A DNA stretch of 64,000 bases from Lingula anatina (GCA_051362555.1 CM120640.1:69294788-69358787), one strand, 5' to 3'; positions 14,201 through 48,062 are shown, counted from the stretch's first letter. The notes: generated by a model from the sequence alone, not told the origin. Numbers and translations: made by a program.

Positions 14201-15757
14201 TACTCATCTACTGATTGAGGAAACTACAGGTGAAGTGTCCTTAATGTTAGTTTCTATCTCTCTGCACTATGTATTCTAGCACTGTAGGACTGCCACTTAT
14301 AGTACATTCTTATTACCGGCTCTCCCAAATATAATTTTTGAAAATACATAATGTTACAATTTCCCATATCTTCAATTTTCTCCTCCGTGCAAATAAAAGA
14401 CAGGGAAAAATAAAGCACTCCCGTCTTTCATGTAGAAACATGATAATTTGCATGTAAACTGGGCACTGGGGGGATCTTATTGAAAATATGATTGATAGAT
14501 GCAATTAATGCTAGTTTGCAAAACTCACTGCTGCACCCTAATCTACAGGTTCAAAATCTAAACAGCAGAATTGAAATCCAGATCAATATTTACCTTTACT
14601 TCAGCCCAGCCTTGCCGGGCCGCTGAACCTAGCTGTTTAAATGACAGAGCAAATTGTATCACTTTTATTTGCAATTACAAAATCACTTAATTTGAGTGCT
14701 GTCTGTTCATACTTTTCTCTTTGTCAGTCTTTCCATCGACTGGTCTGCTTGTCTGCCTGAGTGGTTCTGTAGGTGGCTCATTTCTGGGTCCAACATCAAT
14801 TAAATATGTTTCATATCACAAGGTAAAGACACGTTCAACTACGCAGAAATTAGCATATCAGTATCCCTTGCCAAAATATCCATCACAATAGATAAAATTA
14901 AAAGTATTATCTAAACTTATTTATGAGAACAGTTGCTTTGTAAAAAACGGCTATTTATGAAACAGAACTCTCTGTGTTATAACAGGTTGTGTAACAGCTT
15001 ACATTTTGACTACATTTGTCAGACTCTTTATGGAAATGAAAACCACAGAAAAGCTGACACATTCTGCAAAGCTCCTGAAAAACCCAGAAGTTTCTGCCTC
15101 TCTGGGATTAATCACTGCCAATCAATTCCTTTCATTTCACAAAAAATAATTTTCAAAGTTGGCAAATTACAGCAAGTGAACATGTCTCTCCTCAGCTTGG
15201 TTGATATTGTGACCTCCCTAATTACTGACTTCATTGTGAAGGTTACAACAGGGAAACTTAACTTAGTATACTACATTGTGTGTCACACAATATTTTTTCC
15301 AAATAAATACCACTCAAAATTTTGCATTGATAAAATCTGGTCGGCTCTTTGATGTTAGCTGTTCAAATGAATTATGAATGTGACGATATGCAACATAAAA
15401 TCAGGACATTAGAAACAGGCAAGAATATGCAACAATTTCCAATTACCAAGTAATAGAAGCTCTATTTTTTTAAAAAAATTGTGGCATTATGAAGTGGAAC
15501 ACATTACTTTGTGAGTATGTAGTAATTTAATTTTTTCTCATTTATAAAAAAAAACTGCCTTTCATCTGCTATGATGAAATAAAAACCACTTCTGAAATGT
15601 CTGTAACTCTAACAACACTTCCACTTGGTCAAGAGGACTGGTCTTATTCTGCCATTTTTCAGTTTTTTATCACTATATCACAGCATTAATGAGTCTCAGT
15701 TTAGATATGCATGTGATAGTAGTTTAAGTGTTTCCTGGGAGGAGCCTACATGCCACA

Positions 15758-16026
15758 GACTAAGACTAAGTTCCCATCCCTAGATCGATTTAACAGTCCA
15801 TTTCCAAGGGGTTTCTCGCTAAATTGCTTTCAGCTTAAGTGGCTTAGATGTCTGGGACACCTACTAAAGCTCCTAAATGATAGTTGATTACCCCCTATCA
15901 GCTTCAGTAGGGTGACAGACATCTAAGACGCTCAAGTTAATTGCAATTAAGTGAGAATCCCCTTGGAGATAGTTCGATCCAAAGTTAGTACGATGGGGTC
16001 TGGGAATGGTGTCTAAGCCAAGACTA
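15758..16026. mobile_element. Palindromic MITE-like repeat, family A copy 2 (inverted relative to copy 1)
   Basis: Reverse complement of 1761-2035, e.g. cttggagatagttcgatccaaagttagtacg vs cgtactaactgtggatcgatctatctccaaag. Ends approximate. Confidence 0.75.
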
Positions 16027-16534
16027 TAGTCACCACTAACATGGAATGGAAAGGAGGATGGAAGTTTGTGGATGGGGAACATGGAGCTCAACAAGAAAAA
16101 ATTAAGATGATGCAAGAAACTGACAATGAAAAAAAAAATGCAAATAAAGACAAGACAAATAAAAGAATAGAAAACAGATGCACAAAACTTTACACCTACA
16201 TCTATGAACAAATCTCTTTTCAGGCTAAAAATAACTGGTTACTTTTAGGCATGTTACATTATCCAAAATACTGATGGTTCATCTGTTTGTTTTTCACTTA
16301 AGCATGACCACTGTGGCATATCAGACTCCAATCTTTTAAAAACCTACAGAGACTAAATACTTCAAAAAGGTAAAAGCCCTGACATTACTGCCATTAGAAT
16401 CTTGGCAATGGGGGAAAGAATCAAAGCCTTTTTTTGGCCCCAAACAAAACTAAAAAAAAATGGTACTGGCATGCCTTGCCAAGACATCTGTCAAAATGGT
16501 TTCTGCAGGACACATAGGGGCATGTCACGTTCAG

Positions 16535-16638
<104 letters not shown>

Positions 16639-16813
16639 CTGGACGAGTTCACTATAAGATATATGTAGACAACTTAGGGGCCTGTCTATTATGTAATAGA
16701 GTCATCTAGTATAGTAAACCAGGCCACGCCTGGTGCAGACTGGATGAGTATAAAAAAGCTCATTGTGCAAAATAAAAAACATATCAACACATCAAAAACA
16801 GACAATTTTAAGT

Positions 16814-17036
16814 CCTTTTTTCACATTGAGCACTACAATTAACTGGACCGGTCCACTTTGACAGGTACAGTCAGGTAATTACATTACTTGGGGGGGGGTT
16901 ACTCTCTATCACAAGCTGCTTCATATGCTGCTCTTCAGTATATCAATTGGTATCAGTGCTGAGTGCAGGGGGGTCTGTAAGGATGACCATCAAGGTGGAC
17001 CAGTCCAGTTAAGTATACCACTCCATGTAAAAGGGA
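16814..17036. mobile_element. MITE with imperfect terminal inverted repeats
   Basis: ttaactggaccggtccactttga ... tcaaggtggaccagtccagttaa; weaker complementarity extends outward (cttttttcacat / atgtaaaaggg). Confidence 0.6.
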
Positions 17037-20000
17037 TAGGGACATGTCTCTCCTCATAAGGCCTCTCACACATACATGTATACTTTTACCTAAGAAGAGA
17101 AAGAATGTGGCAAATATGGCCAAAAAGTAAATGATGTCTAAATCAAAAGCTTTAAAAAAGGGAAGAAATTCATTTAAAAAAAACAGTATGGAATAATGAT
17201 AGGCATAATATTAGCTAAAACTTATCATAAATATAAAGGTTTTCAAGCTGATTAACACTATACTAATTACATATTTGGTCCCTTTATCTCTCAATCTCTA
17301 GTTCTCATCAGTATACACTGGCTGACATAAAACCTATCACACCTTCATCTGTCATACCACTCTTAATCACTTGCAACTGCAGCAAACATTTTCCATTTCA
17401 TGCACATTTACATACAGTAATTTTGCATGAACTTCAAAGACTCCATCACACAAACACTTCCAGTCTCGTTGTCTTTCAGCCAACAAGAAACTGATCATCC
17501 ACAAATGAATTCTCTGAAGCTGACTGAAAAACATTATCTGAAGAGCCAGTATACCAGCCTAGCACAAATAGGCACTATCTCATCAAGAAACCTCTCACTG
17601 GCTATTAAGCCAATATATGTAAACAACAGGGACGCACTTCCGGAGTTCAAAAGAAGGCAACTGTTATAGTTTTAGGGGAGACTTAGGAGATTCCATCAAG
17701 ATACGATCAGAGCACGCAGAGGAAAGCTGTGACATTTTGCTGAACAAAGTGGATAGCATCTAGTTCATCAACTCCTTCTTCCTGCGGCCAGTTGCCTCAT
17801 CAATTCCCTCTCATCACCAAACGCCCCTGCTGAACTGAACATACTTCCTGTGTGCCCGCTTCATCACACTCCACAAACAATTCCGTAAACAAATGGCGAC
17901 AATGGCCCAGTTAAAATCAGCACCATAACAGCAATTTTCCTGGCTTTCCCTCAGTTCTGCAAGCAAACTTTACGACCATAATTACCAGATAACATTGAGG
18001 CTTGTGTGCGTGGAGGCTAATGGAGAAGACCGTGATTTGACACTTGCTGCATGTTTCAGACTGATAAAAGTGATGAGCCAAGGTGGTGTTAATGGAAGGA
18101 TGACTGTCTTTTTAACTCATTCACAATCACAGAAATCTATCACATTTAGCTCTGTGTGGATGGTCCCAATTTACCTCCTTTGTTTCATGTTTTACAGTTA
18201 TCAGGAAATATATAATGGGGTATAGAAAAGAAGGATTTTCTTTCTGTACCAACTAAAAAATGTCTGAACCACCTATTCTGCAGAAAACTAGAGTTGGACC
18301 ATGTGCCAGTCATGAGCCGTGTCAATACATGTACAAAGACTCCAACTGGAATTCTACGTAGTCTATCGCTCAAACAGCGCCCAGATTAGTAGCATAGGGT
18401 TTTTCATGGAAATTAATGCTATTGCATGCATTCGTGTTACATACAATTACTTTTTGATGAATTGGTTACTGAAACTCCAATAATCTTAAATCAAGGATAA
18501 TTCCATTAAATTCACTAAGCTTAAACATTAGGCACCTAAATTGGGACAGTAAAGCTAAAGAAGATACAATGGCCATATGACCAAAAAAAAAAATGCTTTG
18601 TAGGAATACTCCTACATTTCAGAACTCTAATAATTGAAACAAAATGTATATATTTTTCAATGTACATAATGGCAAAAATGACTTCACAAGCCTTATGTCA
18701 GTGTGTTGGGACTACTGTTACTGAAACGAAACCAGCGTCATCCTGACCTCTATTCTCTTCCGTAAAAAATGTGAACTGAAAACTCATGAGTACAGCATCA
18801 TTTCTGAGACACAGTTGCCAGACACGAGCAGCTGCCTCTTACTGTACAGGTTCACTGTGCTATGCCATGTCAACATGTCTTCTAGTGGGCCTAAATTATT
18901 GGTAGTATGTGTGCAGCAGTGTTAAATTTTTTTTAAAAAAAAGCATAATCATAAATTCTTATATGCAAAGTCTGTCTAAAAACGTAATTTATAATTCATT
19001 AATTCTTGGTACTAATTGAAACTTTCCGCATATTGAGGAGACACATCTCACAAAGAATCAATATGGTAATACGTCCTCTCTTCCATTCACGTTAATTCCT
19101 CCTGTTATTGACTTACATCAATTGACTATTCAAAAAACCATTTTTACAACATATAACAGACTGACTACAAGCATGCACCAAGTACTTCACAGCACACCAT
19201 GATAATTAAACATAATTGTGATCATTTTCCTCACCATCCGTTGTATTATTATCAATCAAACATCCAGCCATCAAACATTATGGATCGCAATATTATTCAC
19301 TCAAAGAACTAATGTACATCTTAATGTTCTGATGTAGATTATGACATAAATATTGCACAATAAAGAAAAACATTTTTCTCCATCCTTAAACTTCCAATGG
19401 AGCAGGGGTGAGTTAATGTTGGTTACAAACTATTTTCAAAATCTGCAAAAATAATCTTGCAAATAAGTGAATAAATAATATTATTGTATTTTTAAGAACT
19501 ATATAAATTTAAATTCACAAATCTCACTAAACTGCGATAACTTCTATCTTTTTATTAAATTCAAGCTTTTGTTTATATAAAAATTGCTGTAACTAAGCAT
19601 TTCAAGCACTTACCTATTTTGAAGCTGATATTGTAATTAAATTCTAATTACAATGAACAGATAGACAACAAAGCTGGCATATAAACAGACGTTTTTAAAA
19701 GATATCAAAATACATTTTCATCGCCCTGGAGTCTGGGAAAGATGGATGCTGATATGGATGAAAAAAAGACAAGTCTTTTAAATTTTTTCACTACATTTTA
19801 CACCATCAGCTGAAAACCCTATTTTAAAAATAAAATGATTGACAGGGATTGACCTGTTAAAGTCAGTACATTAAAACATTTTTTTCTTTAAGTTAAAGCT
19901 TGCCTTCTAAATCAAATACAAGTTCTTCTTGATTTTTGTAGACAAAAGTTGCTTTTACCTTTCTTCTCTCAATGTCAGATGTGTGAGTGCTCTGGCAGGA

Positions 20001-23000
20001 ATCAATGCCATTAAAAATCAAAGGTCCATGAACAGTTCAAGGAGAGAAACTACTACAGTCGAAGAGTAAGAAAATAATTAAGGTGTATCAAACCCATTAA
20101 GATTGAGACAAACATTAAAACAGTTTATTTGAAATGCACATGGACAGGTCAGAGACACTGCAGACCTTCTTCTGATAAATACCAGTATATCTGTAACCTG
20201 TCCTTGTGAAAAAAACTTTTTAGATATAGTTTATTTCTAGAAACCTATGATATGTCCTTGTTGGAAATAATGCCACAAGTGTGCAGTAGAGTGAAATGTG
20301 GTCAGTCTGTGTGACAAATGTCCGCCATTAAGAAAAATGCCGAAAATAATTCTAGGACCTCTTAAATCTGGGTTTTTATTCTCGATGTGTATTTCAGAAG
20401 AACGAACCATATTTTGGAATGGCAAAACTTTGTACAAGCAGACCTTTGAAATATCCAACGTCTGGAGACTAAACATTCAGAACAGTGAACACTTGTAATG
20501 TAGAAGTATTGTCCAGGTTGTTTTTCTTGATACCAACTAGATACCAACTGGATCCTAGAAACCTAAAACTTAGTAAAATGGATGCAATCTTGATACAAAT
20601 ATTAACTTTTGTAAAATGTGAAAGTTAGCAAGAAATTAATAAATGAATAAAAAGCAAGATGAATAAAAGAAAAAAATAAAAGACAGAGAACTAAAGAAAT
20701 GGCAGCAGAGAGAGGTGAAAGAGCAGGGAAAGTACGACTGGAAGCATACAGACAGAAACTGTTTAAGTATTAAAAACAACAAAAAAGCAGGGAAAAAAGA
20801 ATTGTCTATACGCAGAAGTATGCTTAAGAGAATGTTAACTGTTTGTACACCCAGGTATATTAAGTTGCAGCTGCGGTCCCCATTTGCTCCATTAGCAGCC
20901 TCTCTTACCCCTCATCAATCCTAGTGTAGACTTCACAAACTGTTCATCCCCTATAGCCGACAAATGAACCCATAATGATCAATAATTTCCAGTTCTATTC
21001 CAAGGTAAACAGGAAAACCAGAATATCACCATGCAGTTAATGTAAAGAGGGAGGGGGCAGATTATCTTGGGATCAGATTGAACTATAATTGTACAGGCAG
21101 CTGACAGTAGAGTTCTTATGGAACATTTTGGAATCTGTGAACAACAGACACCAAAGTGACTCATCCTAAAAGCAATAAAATAGTTTAAAAAATGTTGCCC
21201 TGTAATCAATAAACATTATTCAAATTTCAAAACGAGTGGACCTGGTGGACCTGCAATCATGTCCCTGAACATAAATTTTTCTTCCTAAAAAAAAGGTATC
21301 ACCATTATAAAAACAAAACAACATTTTGTTGCTTTATATCAATAATACAAAAGGACAGAAAAGAAACTAATAATAAATCAAAATTAATAATACAACACAT
21401 TTTTCACTGAAGAAGCACCTTAACATTTAATGAGTCCATTTCCAAGTTATCATTAAAATGGGACACCTCTATTTACCACCTGTTCATGGTAATGGTGGCC
21501 ACCTGACGAATCAATACTACACCAAATATGCAGGTCTTAAAATAGCTGCACAGTCCTAATATTGTGAATGCAGTCAACGACATAGGCCACTGGTCCTACG
21601 TCAGTAGATTTTTATAAAATGTCTGAATTTAGAGATCCATAAAGGCCAGTAGATTTTTTCCATAGGTTTTCAAGGGAGCTTTGGATTTGATTAAAATTTT
21701 TATGATATAAAACTGTTATTTTAAATTAAAAAAAAATTTTTTAGCAAAATCAAGTTATTGTTATTACTAATATTAATAGTGCAATGGGGAAATATTCAGT
21801 TCTATTGTAGTTTTATTCAAATCAGTGAATCCTGAATCAGACCATTAGATTTTAGGAAAGTGGTGGTCCGAAATGCCAGTAAGCTGCAAAGTTTACTACA
21901 CTGCAGACTATAAATAGATAGTGACATATCTTTAATATGTACAGAATTCAAATTGAAAATGCAGTTAAAAAAAAGCACCAGATTGACTGAACAGCATCTT
22001 TTTATAAACCACCATACTTAAGAACAATCTTTAGACAACATATTCAATGGGACAACGTAATGCACAAAATGCACGTTAGTCCTTTACTTCTCATAGCTTT
22101 CATGTTTGTAAATAATTACCTCTAACAAATCTCCAGCGGCAATTTTCCCAGTGTCATAGGAACACAATACACAATTAGCAAGTAATCAGATAGTTGAAAT
22201 CAGTTAATTGAAGGGCAACAGACAACCAGGGAATTAACAAAGTGGATTGACAGGCAGCCATACTTCTTGAACTGATGCAGCACTCCAATAATGATATTAA
22301 ACTTTGCATTGCTTCAAACTCACTTAAGTTTCACCCTATACCTAAACTAAAAAGTTGGATATCAAAAGTTGTTTTTAAAGTTAGATCAGAATAATGTTAA
22401 GTTTCTCCTTGCTTTGTACTTGCCTACTACCTTTCAAAATGTGTATAACTCTTCTTATCATTTCAGGTGTGTGTGTTTCCAATGATAAACTTAATCAACA
22501 CAGCAACCAAACAATAACAAGTGCAGTTGTTTTACAAGAAGGGGACATTGTTGTGTCATTACCCAAAGTTATTAGTCTGTAGTTTTTTGCGATGTCCTTG
22601 TAGGGGTTGGGTGTCAAGCAACACCAGAAATTGGTTTGAAGACTTTTCAGTCATGTCTGTATACTCCCCAACAATTTGAAAGCTAATCAATAACCTCCCA
22701 GCTCAAAGCTTCAAAAAACGGGAACCAAACCAATTACGAGCATTTCCCTCAATTCCAAAATAGATACCTTGGCAAAGATTTGCCAAACTAAGTTTTCAAG
22801 CTTAATTTTGCCAAATCTCTTTAATCAAACCTATGCTTGACAGAGTTTCCACATTTGATAATTTTCATTTTTTATATTACACTAAAAACAACAAATGCAT
22901 GTTAAATTATTCAGAATGGTGCCCGATTTGACCTCAAATATAATTGGTGAGGACCCCACAAAAGATATTCACAAGCCATATCTGGTAACGTTACCAAGTT

Positions 23001-23310
23001 GTTAGCCCCATACGTACTTCTGACGTGGGAACCAAATCTTATCTGAACGTGAGTTAAAATGCTTTACATAGAGGGATGAAGATGTCAGTTTATCCTTTTT
23101 CTTGCTTATTGGCTAACTTTGGTCTAAAATAAAAACATGTTTTTGTTGCATGAAATCAGGTGCCATGTTTGCATGTTTTTGCTTTAGTTGGTTTAATAGT
23201 TAACAGCCTAAGTTATGGGTGGATATTGTTAAAATTTTCAGGGTTGGTCATAATGGGTTCAATTTGACAGATTTGGGTCATCCATTAATAAATCAATGAC
23301 AAGAATTGAA

Positions 23311-23351
23311 CTGCCTTGGCGGAGGTCTGCACTCTCTGAGTGCTTTTATAG
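23311..23351 (+). mobile_element. 3' end of a Helitron/Helentron-like non-autonomous repeat (fragment)
   Basis: ctgccttggcggaggtct followed by hairpin gcactc-tct-gagtgc and a T-run. A truncated similar piece occurs at ~25160-25190. Family assignment is from memory of similar metazoan repeats. Confidence 0.4.
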
Positions 23352-24165
23352 CCTTTAAAAATGAGGTAACCCACAAGATTTCACTTAGCACAGACTTCAA
23401 TCAAACTAAATCAGATAATACAACTGCAGGCTAAAGCAACAGAATGTTACAAGTGTTCACATTTTTGAACATGACATTTTAAGAAAACATTCTTTTAAAC
23501 CAGTCCTTTTGACACACACTATGCAACAAACTACCTTCCCGACCCACCCCAGAGGATGTTTAGTAAAAGCTTCTTTGCTCTCTTATCTTTCTGGAGTTCT
23601 CCACTTTATCAATTGTGGCATACCCCAACTGAGGACAGTGTTTATACAATTTCCTATTAGCAACTCCTTTGAGCCAGCACATTACAGATGCCCACAGTGC
23701 TATCATCTCTCCAAACTAACAAAAATGATCAGCAGTTAACCTCCCTGGGACGCGAGCTTCAAAAATGAGAACAAAAATCAATTTTCACCTAAAAACTAGC
23801 CTTGAGCATTCAGTGCGCTTTGTGAAAATGGTAACTTTTTAATGTTGCTTTAATTCAATATGCTTCATCCAGGAATCACAGAAAGAGGGCTGAAGAGATA
23901 ACTTTATTAGTTACTAAACTCAGCCTTCAAGCCATTACCTATATAAAGAGGCATCAATAACCGTGATGCTCATAACAGTGGACCTTTGTCAAGTGCTCAG
24001 AAAAAAAGCATTTCGCTTTGAAATTCATCGTATTTGAAATCCAACTTTGATATTTTATGTGACATTTGGGGAAGGTCCAATCAAAAGAGTATGGCCTTTT
24101 TAGGTATGTGCATTCAAGTGTTACATGCGTTTCTCCGTCATATATCTCAATGTTGTTAGTCATTT

Positions 24166-24352
24166 CCCTAAGCAAAATGAAAAGTTTGCAGCAAATTTGC
24201 TGCTCAATGAAAGTTTGCGGTAAGGAATTTGCAAGAAAAATTTGTATTGCTGCTAATTTGCAGCAAATTTGCAAGAACATAAAATGTCTTCTTGCAAATT
24301 TGCAACAAATTAGAGAGAAGGGTTAGTGGCAGGCCTGATATTCTGCTAAGGG
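24166..24352. mobile_element. Short non-autonomous DNA transposon with CCC...GGG termini and internal repeats
   Basis: ccctaagcaaaat ... attctgctaaggg inverted termini; internal repeated tttgcagcaaatttgc motif. Confidence 0.5.
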
Positions 24353-27300
24353 GTTAATAAATAAACATATCTAAATAGCAATAACCGAAATACATGCCTC
24401 TGAACAAATATATATATATCAGTATCAATGCTGTATTCCATTTTGGCAGTGTCAGTCACCTATTTGCCATCCACTGTCACAGTATGAAGCAACTTCGCAC
24501 CATTTGTTCCGTCTCCTATTTTCAAATCAGCATTATTGAACTCACTGGAGCCGAAACCAAGTGCTATGCCTCATTTTCTTATTCATGGTTCACAAATGGG
24601 AAGATAAGATAGCCAGGCATTCGCTTCCTTAATGAGAATTTGGTGGTCGCAATCACAAGTATTGGAAAGAAAATTATGCCATAATCTGAATTGAAAATGA
24701 TGTGCAAACAGTGTTTACAAGCCGATGATATCCAGTGGGTGGCTTTGTGACACCAGTGTAGGCAGAAAGACGGAAACAAAACATGGGTTATGTAACTGAT
24801 CTGACGTCAAGGGAAGCCCAAAGGTTCTTCTTTACATGGCCAATAACCTTAAGTTGACACGTCAGTCTACTTGCATTTCTGCACATTTTAATGTTCTAGG
24901 ACATAAGAATTTTGTGTTTGTTTGCAGGCCTTGAAATAAAAACTTTTGAGTTAGCCTGCAGACTTATTCTTTTTAATGTTACGTATATCATAAGCATAGA
25001 TAAAAAAATTTAACTAACTTTTTAACCCCCCCCCCAAAAAAAATACAAATACATGTAGTTGTAACCTTCTCTGGCCCTACACTGTATCTACCTTGACCTG
25101 AATTGATTAGATTTTGGTGGTGATCGATTAATTGATTAATTCACTTATAATAACTGGGCTGCCTTGGCACTATCTGAATGCTTTTCTTGGCATGAATAAT
25201 ATAATTAAAACCAGGATATCAGAATTGTGCTGCAGATTGCATTAGTTGAGATACACACGGTATCAGAAAAGGATGGCAGACAGAGACAAAATCCTCAGCA
25301 AATCTGAGATGAAAAAGAAAAACTGCCAGTTATGGAGATTTGATGAATTAATTTTTGCACTGAGATATTCCTACTGTTTACCAAGAATAGAAATCTAAGA
25401 GGAGAAATTTATCAGTTATACTTACATAAATATTATCCATTCTGGAAGAATAAAACTATTCAGTTCAACCTTTATTCTTAATTTTATTTCTTTATTTTTT
25501 ATTTATTTTCATTATTGTTATTATTTTGCCTTATCAATGAGACAAATTCCTTTTTTGTGCAACATTCTTTAATGATTTCATCTTTTTCATTAGATTAAAC
25601 ATCCTTTTCTGTAAGATTTGATCTAATTTTGGTTGTCGGACGAGGATTAACAGATGGCGAGTTTTGCTAATCAGTTGAAACCTTCAAATTAAAAAGAATT
25701 GTCATTTGCATCACACTTCTTTGGTTGATCAGAGCTTTAGAACAAATCAATGATTCACCATACGCAAAATTCTGTGTAACACTGGCTTAAAATCTGTGAC
25801 GATCTTAATAAACTGTCTGGTAGTTAGAGGAAAGCCCTGCCTAAATCAATTGCTTTAACATTGCTTCACTACGCTGGTTCTTAAGGGATGTGACAAAGTA
25901 AGGTTAATGGCATTTCAATGTCAATATAACATGCAGTAATCAAACAGCGGTAAAGGCAAGTTACAGAACTAAACCTCCTGCCATGAACAACTATCAGTTT
26001 ATATTTCTCTTAGATTCCAAAACCATCAGCAATGATCAGAGAAAATCTTGTTGAAAGATATTTGGTCCCTTTTCTGTTTTAAAAATATGTCAAGCTTGAT
26101 CTTTTTGAAAACTTAGGTTGACTTTTTGAAAGGTTCAAGTGAAAAGAGAGTGGCAACTATTTTTCTTTAAGTCATAAAGAGTAAGATTTTTAATGACGTT
26201 TTACTAAGAGAAATAACAATGAGTGAAGGAATTCCTAAAAGAGCATTTTGCAGTTTAAATACACATTACAAAGATTTTGTTAAAATTGGCTTATTACTGT
26301 ATAACAACTGATCTGAAACCCATTTCATTGCCGTGTATGCTAAAAATCTATACTAATTACTAAAAGTGAAACCAGCAACTAGCAAAATGAAAGACAAAAA
26401 TGGTCAAAAGAGGTGAGTAACTGGAAACCGTGTCTGTTGAGAATTTCTTGATAGGTATTAACTAGACCTCAGAGACTGGTGACAGCCATGAACCGTATCC
26501 ACAGTACACCCACTGGGATTATATTTCATCTTCCTAATGAGCTATGGAGAAAACTTTGCATCCCTAGAGACACAAACAGCAAAGACAAAAGAGAACCTGC
26601 ACTTTAAAATAAATAATTGAAAGAGATGAGACACTTGAGTTAAAATGTTGCTAACACAAACCTGTTTCAATACAAACAATCAATTTTGGCTAATAAGATT
26701 TTTTTAAAAATTAAAGTTTGATTATTATTGAGAAAGCATAATTATTGTGATTGAAGTCAGTGAGCTGTAACCACCGCCCCATAGGATAGTGAAACAATTG
26801 GACTGCAACGCAGATTTAAGACAGATGTACTAAGTGCTGATTTTCTGCAAAACTGAGGAAAATTTCACATCAGGACAAATCAGCTATTTATTTAAGCCAA
26901 GATGACAGCAAATATCATTTGAAAAAAAATCCCCTTCAGTGCAGGAAAAGTAAGAAGAGGAAATAAGGGAGAGAAAGGGTCATTTTGGTTGGCACAGTTT
27001 TATATGTTCAAATTACAAAGTTTTGTTCTTATTTGATAAAGTTCAAATAGCAAGTATATCAATCCAAATCCCATTAAATAAGCATTTACTTATGCTCAAT
27101 AAATAAAAACTGAATAAAATCTCAATAAATTTGAACAAAACTGATTAAGTACACTTATCAAATAATGCCCATTATTCTGGAAATTTTGATTGGAAAATTC
27201 TTACAGGTAATTTAAGTTCACTTTGAAGAAAATATCTTCTTTAGCACTAATTTAAAAATTATCAGCCTTGAAAAAAATTAAACACTGGAATTATTGAGGA

Positions 27301-28618
27301 GCCTGGAATAACCCCAGATATTTCCACGCATTATGTTCTTCCTATCTAATCTTTGGTCATCTTGTTATGACCTTGGTAAAAGTGCATATATCCTTCTGCT
27401 GAAACACTTCAACGAGATTGACACTTTGTTATCAAATAAGAACGTAAGCCTTTTTCCATGTACAATTCACTGCAATAGTGCGAAGTCAACAACCCAAGAA
27501 ATGTATTCTTCCACTTATCTACATATTAAAGCTTGCAAACATCCCCTGTGGAAAAATAAAGATATATGCACATTCTTAAATGAACAAAAAAAAACATCAG
27601 TAATAGTAAAGCACTAAAACATTATCATCCTGTTTCAAAAAACAAAATAAAGAAGAAAATAAGAACAAATGGAAGAACACTGAAGTGGGTAAATTAAAAT
27701 ATCTAAATATTTTCAACCACATTTCATATTATCTAGATTAGAAAAATCATTTTCTTTCAATATATGCAATAAAAATAGACAATCTCTATCATGCCCACTG
27801 TGCTCTCTCTCTCTCTCTCTGGAACAAAATTACTTGCCTTTAAATTGAAAAGATAAATAAATCCTTTGAAACAGCTTACCCTTACCAAATTACATAAAAA
27901 TGGACCGTTACACACAAAGCTTTCATAAGTAACATCCATTAAAAACAACTTGGGTCAACTTGGGTGCAATTAGGGATTCTAGCCGAGAGGCAAAACAAAA
28001 CCTTAGGTGAGACATCAAAAGGTCATTTTTCTTTTTGAGTTGATTATCCTTTTGCATGCTTAGATGTAATAATCAACTGTTATTCTAAGTTATAGGTTTA
28101 TCAAATATACATGGTGATAACCTTTCTAATTTTTCACCCTAAGTTTGTCACTATGGAATCTAAATGGAATTTAATGTGCTTCTGGGAAATAAATATAAAC
28201 AAAAGGCAGTGAATTTTAAAACTAGTTACAAGCCATTGTCTGTCTAGAACACGTTTTGCTGGTGATCATCCAGCAACACTTTAGATCTTCAAATCCTTAT
28301 TGCTTCCCAAACATTTCAAAATCAGATTATAGAGGGCTCTGGGAAATATCACAGTGCTTTTTACAAGGTTAAAACCCACGACTGTTCCCAGTAACAACTT
28401 TGTACTTTTCCTTCCAGCAAAGCCCTACCAAGTAAGTTGCAAAATGCAGTTAATGATTTGTGAAAAGTTCAGTGCATTTTCCATGCACTTTAAAATTCAT
28501 TAGAATTAATGGTTGGCACACAGTGGGCTAACAGTCTCAGCAGATTGTTGTAAATTGATGAGTGTTGGGGAAAATGAACTGAAAAGAAAGGAGAGAAATC
28601 GAGGGAGCATTGACCTAC

Positions 28619-37234
<8,616 letters not shown>

Positions 37235-37626
37235 GTTGTGGTTTTATCAATGAAAAGTGAAAGCCTCTTCCGCCATGTCTAACACAGCAATGTTTACTAG
37301 GTTACCGTACCTTGGAACGAATAAAAAATTAATTTAGAAAATAATCAATAAATGCTTTGAATATGTGAGTGCAATTGGATTGTTATCTTAGAGTATTGCA
37401 TAGACTTGTGTTAGAATGTTTTATCGTTTATTGTGGTACGGACAGTTTTGGCAAATGAAACAAAACATTCCCTATTTTGACGCACTTCCGCCAGTGAAGA
37501 TGGCGGTCGTTATCACGTAAATTGCTTTGCTCTGCGAAATCGGAGGCAATCTACTGAACTCAGTTTGCATCAAGTCATTTTCTCTGTCTTATCGACGTCT
37601 GGGTTGTTTTTCAATAAGAAAACACC
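37235..37626. promoter_or_regulatory. Bidirectional promoter/5' UTRs of INPP5F and POLR2B
   Basis: Head-to-head ATGs 392 bp apart. CpG-rich. YY1-like motifs ccgccatgt (37270-37278) and aagatggcgg (37497-37506); ETS-like cttccg next to each. Confidence 0.75.

Positions 37627-48062
<10,436 letters not shown>

Noticed and set aside
13804-14214. Pro/Ser/Leu-rich and Gly/Arg/Glu-rich ORFs
   Set aside because: Low-complexity repeat translation.
17915-17933. RE1/REST-like motif tcagcaccataacagc
   Set aside because: Spacing and right half-site deviate from consensus, and REST is not expected in a protostome.
18068-18160. C-box-like GTGATGA suggesting a C/D snoRNA
   Set aside because: No properly placed CTGA D box or terminal stem.
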